A program made the position numbers and the translations under genes. Source: Lepidodermella squamata (Eukaryota > Animalia > Gastrotricha). From it: a DNA stretch of 64,000 bases. The notes beneath the pieces were generated by a model that saw nothing but the letters and a program-made list of their open reading frames with translations, did no database searches and was not told where the DNA came from. The DNA lies in contig JBLDXI010000036.1 in assembly GCA_047495785.1 (NCBI GenBank), positions 124,001 through 188,000 on the forward strand, given 5' to 3'. Shown here in pieces: positions 49,401 to 58,400 of this stretch; positions within the stretch are counted from its first letter, which is position 1, and each line of letters opens with the position of its first letter.

Positions 49401-52400
49401 AGAGTTTCCATCGGCTGTAGTCATGAAAACAGTCATCCGCCACCGATCTACCTCCAATTGAAATCAAAAGCGGCATTACCAAATTTGGGTTTTCGTTTTT
49501 ATTGAACTGCGATAGCCCACGTAAACACTCACCACATGATTTTGGCATCAAAAAAATATAAAATTCTGCATCGATCACATCCAAGTACCATTTTGGAATC
49601 CGAGGTGGGGCAGATTGTGATGCAGGCTCTCCAAGTTTTCAGAGCCCCGATTTTTGAGGAAATTCCTACGATACAGCTTTGAAATTTATATGGCTGAATA
49701 GAGCGTGAGCTACTGCCTTTTATGACTATTTTCATGACTACAGCCGATGGAAACTCTCGTTGAAATGCCAGGATATAGTGTGGGCCAATCCTGGGAAATT
49801 TCCTTGAAAATCTCCTTAAAGAGGAATTTTTTATGCAAAATTCTAACAATTTCGGCAGTATTGAAGTGGCTTGAGTGTCCAGTCTCTTATTATTTGTCTA
49901 TGGGTCAACGATGCGTCGTAGGGCAAAATGCCTGACGGCAAAATGTAGGCCATGACCCGACGGTTCTTTTGACACCGAGCAGGTGAAAATGACTGAAATA
50001 ACGTTAAAATTTTGGATTGGAGCCAAAATTCAGACCAAAGAATTGGACATAATTATTAAACCCAGGTTATGGCGCAACAATCGAAATGTCACTTTTTTTA
50101 CAAGTTGATTTCTGTGCGTTCCTTGAAGTCTTGCGCCCCAAATTCGGTGTAAAAAGAACCGCCGGGTCTTGGCCTACATTTTGCCCTACGACCAAATATT
50201 GAATCTAGCAGTATATTTTTGGCAGTTAAAGTGTTAAGAGTTCACAGACCGTGCCGTTTCTAGCGATTTCGTGAAAATTTCGGATAAAATTGATATTTAC
50301 GAATCAAATCCCAAATTACATACATAGGTACATACTTGCCTAATCAAGACCCAGACGGAAATTTAAGACCAAAACCTCGGCTTAATGTTTCGCCTGTTTA
50401 TTTGATACCCCCAAACTGTCCAAAAATTGTACTCGAAAATTTTGCCCAAATTGTCAAACGCTAAATTTGGGCCAATTTTTCGCCGAAAGTATTTCTGAAA
50501 TTGTCAAATTTCGGTGTAATTGATAGGTGAAAATTTCGGCGAAGCTGCTATCCGAGTTTATAGATGGGCCAAATCTATCATGCATTAGTTCCGATTCTTA
50601 CATGCTGGGGTATTTACTCCATCGGCCGGTTTCGTGTTCCTCAGTTCTTTTTGTCATCTCAGATCCCATCAGCTTCTCAATTATATCGTATTTTCAATTT
50701 TAATTTGATTAAAAAATTTTCACTTTAACATCACTATATAATTGCCTGCCATCACAATATTTCCATAGGCTATGAGGTTTGTTAATTCTAAATTCTTGCT
50801 GCTGTGTCGCGAAAGTGAGGAAAGTAAGTCAATCCCTAATCCCTAATCCCTCGAAAAGAAGTGTTTCACAGCCTTAATAAATATTGAAACGTCTGCTGCC
50901 GGCTATATGTAAGCCAATATAATTCTTAATATTAAATTCCAATCAAAGCCCAAAATGTCAGCGAACTGTGGAGAAATCAGTGCTCCGAGTACGGTCGACA
51001 ATTCGACAGTTAATTACAACGAAAATCAGTTCGCCTAAACTTACTCGCTCAAATAATCGAATCAAATAAGCTTTTTGTCCAACAGGTAAAAACTCAATTT
51101 TTGCTGAGAATCGTCAATGAAACAATGGTAGAAATTCTTAAAAGTGAAGTTGCCAAAAATTAACGCTACATTTGAAGAATTTTATGGGGGAAATCTTACA
51201 CCGACAAATTTGGCCGAAGATTTGGTCCTAACGCCCTCGTGGCCATACGAATTTCCGTCTGGGGAGAAATGATTCAAAATTTATTTCGAGCCAAATTATT
51301 TGTTTAAAATTCCAAGGAATTTGTTTACTGTTGACAAAAAGGGGGTTTTAGGACTATGGGGCATTTTCAATAATTTTTAAACCTTAACGATTCATAATTC
51401 AGTTGTAGGGTCAATACATATAAAATTCGATTAATATAAAGAAAGTACTACACTAATAATAGAAAATGTTCTTGCTACGTACTTTTTCCTTTATTAGTGT
51501 AGTACTTTCTTTATATTAATCGAATTTTATATGTATTGACCCGTAGAGATTTCAAAGTTTTCGACTTGCGATCCTAGCATGTAATGAATCGTTAATCAGC
51601 TCAATTTTAAATTAAAAAAAAATAATAATAATTCGATACCGAACCAAGGTATTCGATGTGCGCGAAATGTCAAGTTTCCTTACATTTTTCGCTGAGCTGG
51701 TGACGAAAGTCTCGCAGACAGCGCCATAAGATGTGCCGGCACAAGATACTTCTTTAAGGTAGAAGCCAGGTGGCGTCGACTGATCGCCACGGAAGTGTTC
51801 GTAGATGCCACAAGAGCCGCTAATTTCCTGCTCGTTCAGCGCCATACGGCTGAAGAAATTCACATATTCCGAACCATCGATCCAGCGAGGTCTTACTAGA
51901 CCAACCCAAGCTGAGCTCACTCCACCTTCGGCTATAGGTGGCTATAGGCTATAGCCTTTCGCACGGACTCTTCCTCTGTAGCTGTTGTAATCGTTGCAAG
52001 CTGCCCGGACAGGTCGGAACATGCATCGCTGGCATCGCGCCAAGATTGGTACTCCGTAAATTTGATCGCCAAGTATTGTTTGCGTTGATTCAAGCATGAT
52101 GCTTCGTCTTCAAAAATAACGCCCCGAGGAAGAGAATTTTCATTAGCGCGGCAGCCAACTGCCGTAGATCGGCAGGCCACATTGCCGTTCGGAGACGAGA
52201 CACAGCGAGCGAAACCGGTCTAGATTTGAGGGTATAAATCTTCATACGGGCGCAGTCGTTCACAAATTCAGAAAACTGAGAAATAATGGTTGCCCCCTTG
52301 AAAATAGCAAGTTTGCACTAAAAACACAACCCTGTAGGTAATCCATGACGCTCTGCACACTGGTTACCGTTTTACCTCTCAATTAGCTCACCGTAACCGG

Positions 52401-55400
52401 CAATTAGCAAAAAATTAAAAATTTTGAATCAAAGTGTTCTTTAACTCGTTTTTAGGGTTAAAAATTCATGATTCCGAAAATCATATTTTCAAATAAAAAT
52501 TCGACAATTTAAATTTTTGTACGTCATTTAGGCCCAGTATTCGACCAATTAGACTAAGAAATAAAAATCTGGAAAATTCACCGAAATGTGCGGCTCAAAT
52601 TTGATTGATTTTGATTTATCGTGAGGGATCCAATCGAAAAACTTGAAGTCTCTGACGCCGTTAGACTAAGATTTTTACCCCTTCCCTGAAATTTTATTTG
52701 GAGAGGGGCAGTAGTTTCAATTTTGCGCTATTTTTGAAGTTTCGAGCCCTCAGTTTGGTGAAAACCCTGATGAGTCGTGATTTATTGTGAGTTATCGGTG
52801 TTACTGATTTGATTTGATTTATTTAGCTCCGTGAAAGTGGGACATTGATTGATTTTGATTGATTGAGGTCCGTGATTTAAGCGGTAAATCAAATTAAATC
52901 AAATCCAAAGCACTGGTGGTGACCATTGTCTCGAATGACAAATTTTTTTTTTAAATAATCTGTGACCGACGGCACCCGGATGTGGGATCTTTGGAAACAT
53001 ACCGAGGGCAGCTTCGGCTCGAAAGTCTCGCAAACAGCCGCAGCTTTTAGGTTATCACACGGCAAGTCGTTGAAGTAGAGCATTTCGGAATTCCGTGAGC
53101 CCAGCTCAGCACACTGCCCATCGCCAGACGGCTCAAACGCATGCCACAGTTGTTGGATCGGTCTCAACCTCGCGCCATCAATCCAGGCGAACTTTGATGA
53201 ATCTGAGTCGTACCTCAGGCCAATCCAGGCGGGCTGTTTTGATGCGTTGCCGCGGAGAATCTCACGGGCTTGATTCAACTCAATTGGTCTTTTCAGCGCG
53301 GCGAGGCGGCCATTTTGTTGGCTACAGGCCACGCTAGCCGCTTCGTAGTTGGACGCAGGTGATAGGTCAGCTATAAATAGCCTTTTTACAGCGTAGAGGC
53401 ATTCAAATTCGTTGCTGAAAGCCAAATTCAGTGGGAACTGTTCTTCGCCATTCAGGCACCGCTGGCGGCATGTGACTCTTCCGTTTTTTGATGGATCGAA
53501 GCATCGAACGAGAGGCTGCGAAGGGTTAGAAAAAGTCAGTCAAATCGTTCAATAAACGGTTCATAAGCTGAAAACATTAGGGAAATGCCAGATGACTAGG
53601 TTTCGGTTTATGTAAAAGAAAATCGGGTTTCCGAAAGCGTAGCCAATTTTGTCCGCATGAAAATGGTGATTGGGGAAGCGCAAAGGCTCAAAAATCGAGC
53701 TTGGTAGAAATCCGAAACTCAAAATAATCTAAGCCTAACCTTAATCCTGAGCCCCAACCAAACCCTAACCCTAACCGAACCCTGGCACCTAACTCCTAAC
53801 CCCTAACCCGAATTCCTAATCACAGTTGGGCTAAAAAAAACAAGATTTCATACGGCCACGACCGTTCACAAATTCGAAAAACTAAGAAATTTTTAAAACA
53901 ATGGTTGCCCCCTTGACAATTGCGATTTAAATTTTTGAATCGAAGTGTTTTTCAACTCATTGCTAGGGTTGAAAAAATCGTGGTTTCCGAAAATCACATC
54001 TTCAACTCAAAATTCAGCAATTTAAATTTTTCATGTCATTAGGCCCAGGTTTCGACCAGTTAGACATGAAATAAAAATCTGGAAAATTCACCAAAATGGG
54101 CGGGTCAAAAAGTTACCATACAGACCTGTTTTCAGCATTCTATGATGCTTTTTAAGGGTGGTAACCATTGTCTTAAATGACAAACATTTTTGTCAAAATA
54201 ATTTGTGAACGACGACGCCCGTATGTTAATGAAGAAATATGTATAAAAGTTAATTTTATCATACATAAATATGTATATGAGAGTGCACTTCGTATAAAAA
54301 ATTGGATTATTCCTAATTCAAATTTCAAGTGGCTAAAAAAATTGATTAAAGATGCAACAAATTTACGGATTTTTTTAAGTATAAATGTAATATTGAATAA
54401 TCAGTAACCCCAACAAAGATAAGGGAATCGACACACCAGAAAAAATCATTTTCCGATTTTTCAATTTTTCGATACGATCCTGTTTGTTCGAGGCAGTCTC
54501 AACGAACTTACCTGAGGCAATCTGTCCACCAACTTCTCACAAATAGCCCATTTCGCGGTCATCGAACATGGCACATTAGCCAGGTATCTTCCACCAGGCT
54601 GCGAAGCCGTTGACTCGAAATTTTCGTAAACTCCACATTGGCCATTTCTGTCAGGGTTTCCCGGGCCCCACTGCATTCCAAGTCTTTGAAATCGCGAGCC
54701 ATCAATCCAGCCGAAATTAGCTGTCCTCGTGAGACCAACCCACGCCTGATTAAGGTAAGTCGGCGGGTACTCAGCCATGAGCTCAGCCACTAGTCGGTGC
54801 TCGATCGGAGTCCTGATAGACGCTAAGCGCCCGTTTTTCCGGCTACATTCTTCATTTGCCAAGTCCCAAGTCGCCGGATCCTCGAAAATAATCGAGAAGA
54901 ACTCCTTTTCAGATTTGGAGCAGTCACTCAGCGTGTAATAATTCATTGCGAGTTGATCTACTGTCTCGTCACCTGTGCAACCATTCGAGATCGGCCGGCA
55001 AGAAATTTCACCCGTAGAGAACGAAATGCATCGAATGTAACCGGGCTGAATAAAGGAAAAAAACATGAAACAAACATTCGTTGTTTCGGAAATATTGTGA
55101 AGAACCAACCGCAGGCTGCTCATAGCTGTAAGATTCGCACAGCGCAAAGTCTTTTTCTAGGGAGAGCAGGTCGAGGCGAAGGAAAAAGTTAGAAGGTTTC
55201 ACTTCAGCTGGATCGAACATGACAACCGAGCCAAAGGAATCTTCTAGGCTGTTTGGGACAGGCTCAGCTACTCCTGGCAGCTGGGCGTATTCGGCACCAT
55301 CTGTCCACTTCAAAGCTGATTCACTTCTGACAAGACCGATCCAAGCCGATTCGATTGATCTGCTGGTCAAGAGTTGGCGAACTTGTTGAAACTCGGTGGC

Positions 55401-58400
55401 TGATTTTATTGTCGCCAGCTGACATTTGCCCGATGCTTCGTGCCAACTACCACGTGATTCCAGGATGGAATATTGTTTCTTAGCTTGAAAACACTCCGAC
55501 TCGGACTGGAAAGGCGACGAGGTCTGGGCTGTTGTTTCATGGCGTCCACAGCCTGGAGGAAACTGACGGCAAGCTACCTCACCATTATTGGATCTCGAAA
55601 CGCAGCGAGCGTAACCGGCCTTTATAAAAACAGATAAAGGTGATGCATTGAAAAATATACCCGCAAATGGAAGATTGAAATAAATTTGGATTTTTAGTAT
55701 GATTTTCCGACTAATTATGCGAAATGACCGAAAATAAATGAAAAGTGGAATTTGGCGAATATTCTGTATTTTCCAGCACATCGAAAAAAGTCTGTTCACT
55801 TCTAGAAGAACGATTCTAGGATTCCAAGATGTTCTTACTCATTTTTTGTAGCGGATTTTAATTTTCCGAATTTCAGACGGATGTTCCCATCCATCATAGG
55901 ATGTTCCCATCCTCCTTGCCGAACATGAATATCAACCCCTTTTTTAAGTTTTTTTATACCATTTGACACCTCACTAATAGATCTTAAAAGTGAGATCTCA
56001 ATCTCACAATGTAAAAATTTCGCCAAACCCCACTTTTCACTTATTTTTGGTCAAATATGATTGGAATATGATGAAATCAATCTAGAATCTGATTTTTAGG
56101 AAAAACAATTTAAAACAAATTTTGAATTTTGTACATAAAATTTTTTGAATTCCAGCCTTGTTTTGACTGAACAAAAATGTACTAAGTTGACTTTCGAAGC
56201 AAATGTGGTAATCAGAGACTGATGGGTTTAATTTTTTTAAGCTTTGACTATGTCACCTGCAAATTTCGTGAGCTTCCATATATTTTACCTAATTTTACGA
56301 CTAGTCATCATTGATAAAAAAAATACGTGAATCGTGAATTTCTTGGCACGTTACGTTAGTCCGCAAATAAATTGTTATACTCACCGGTAGGGTTTCTTCC
56401 CGATAGGTCTCGCATATAGCGAAGTGAGCAATAGCATCGCACGCAGCGTCATTCATGTACAAAAGCGATTGATAATCTCCCCTAGTGCCGTAACCAATAT
56501 AGGCCACGCATGTCTCGTTGCTGCTCGGCTCACCAGGCCCCCATTGCTGGTCGAGCGGCGTGAACTCCGAGCCATCAATCCACGTGTACTTGTCGGAAAT
56601 CATCTTCAGGCCGATCCAGGCTGCATTTGAAGATCTCGCGTAAAGCAGAGCTCGAACTTGGTCTTGCTCGTCGGCTGTTTTTACCGAGGCGAGTCGCGCG
56701 GAGCTTTTCAGACACAGTTGTCGAGCGTCCCCGAAATTGAGCCCTTGCAATGCGTCTGGAATGAATAAAACCTTGGCAGCATATTGGCAGGCTAGTTCAG
56801 TTGAAAAGGCGAGATCACGGGGAAATGTTTGCTCTTCTCTTTGGCAACCAGAATCGTAAGACCGGCACGTAACCTTACCATTTCTTGCCACGCACCGAAC
56901 GAAACCAGCCTGAAACAAGATAATATTGTCCCATATCAAAGCCTGAAATATTTCTTTCAAATTCTTGAAAAATGAAAAATTTATTCAAATTGAATGAACC
57001 AACCTTGACGATTGGGTCTTCGAAGGTCTCGCAGATCACAGCCTGAACTGTTGAATCACAGGGGACATTTTTCAGGTAATAAATCTCCTGCGCCGTATAC
57101 GGAAAGTACGCAGCACACGAATCCACACCCGGCTCATCGAGGCCCCATTGGTCAGAGAGCTCACTGAACTCGGAGCCATCACTCCACATCCGATTGCCCG
57201 AAATTCCGGTCAAGCCAACCCAGGCAGACAGAGTTAATGAGCTCGAAAACATCAGCCTTCTTAATTCGATTTGATCATCGTCAGTCTTGATTGTCGCAAG
57301 TTGAGCCGATTTCGAGGAGCAGAGATGCCGAGCGGCTAATCGGTTGATTGGTTCAGGGCTAACCTCGACGAACAACGTTTTACGCGCGAACTTGCAGTCA
57401 AATTCAGTGGAGAAGATTTTCTGATAAGGGAAGGTAACCTCCAGTCTATCGCAACCACGTTCGAATGGTCTACATACAACAGAACCCTTGCCATATCTAG
57501 CAACACAACGAACAAAGCCCTGTGGATATATAAAAGACGAATCAGATCTATCCGGAGAATAAAATTAAACTCACGCTAGAAACAACTCTTGTTCGTAAGT
57601 ATTGGCATATTGCACCAGTCAAGACAGCTGAGCAAGAGTGGGTACTGAGGTAAAAATCAGGTGCTTGGGAATCGGAAGCCGCGAGAAGTTTATAGATGCC
57701 GCAAGAATCGGCTGGTATAGAGTCGAAGCTCCCGATTTGTCCAGGAAGCTCCAGATAAGGTGACCCATTCAGCCATCTCAGCTTTTCAGCCTTAGTCAGG
57801 CCAACCCAAGCTTTAATCATAGATTCGCCAGAAATTAGGTTGCGAACGATTTCTTGCTCTGTAGCCGTGATTATCGAAGCCAATTGGCCTGAAGCTTCGG
57901 AGCAGGCATTTTTGGCTTCGAGCCAAGTCTTCGCTTCATCAAACTTGAGAATAAACAGATTTTTTTCCTGGTTTGAACATTCTGAGCCGTTGGAATAGAT
58001 GACGTCAGGTGGCGAATGGACTTCGTCGCGAGCACATCCGATCGAACTCCGCCGGCATGTTGCTGTTCCAGTTGCAGATGACACGCACCTTTTGAAGCCG
58101 GCCTAGAAACAAAAAAGGAAACGGGAATCTTTTAGAATTCTAATAAATTTTAGAAATTTCAGAAAATGTTCAACATGTGATCAGAGCAACATACGAGTCC
58201 TACATCGGCCATGCATTTGCCATAGTTATCCGCAAAACTGTTCTCGGAAGCGTAAACTTTGACCTTGAGAATACAAACAAAACTAACTTGAATTTCGCAA
58301 TAACTCAAAACGATACCTGTTGCAATCCTTGCGGGCACGATGCGTAGCATACACTTGAAGTGAGTGATTCACACTGAACAGCATTCTGAAGTAAACAGAT

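Noticed and set aside
1155-56630. Numerous plus-strand ORFs over the lectin exons (e.g. 1155..1499, 3175..3441, 40272..40619)
   Set aside because: They are antisense shadows of CTLD exons with no independent motifs.
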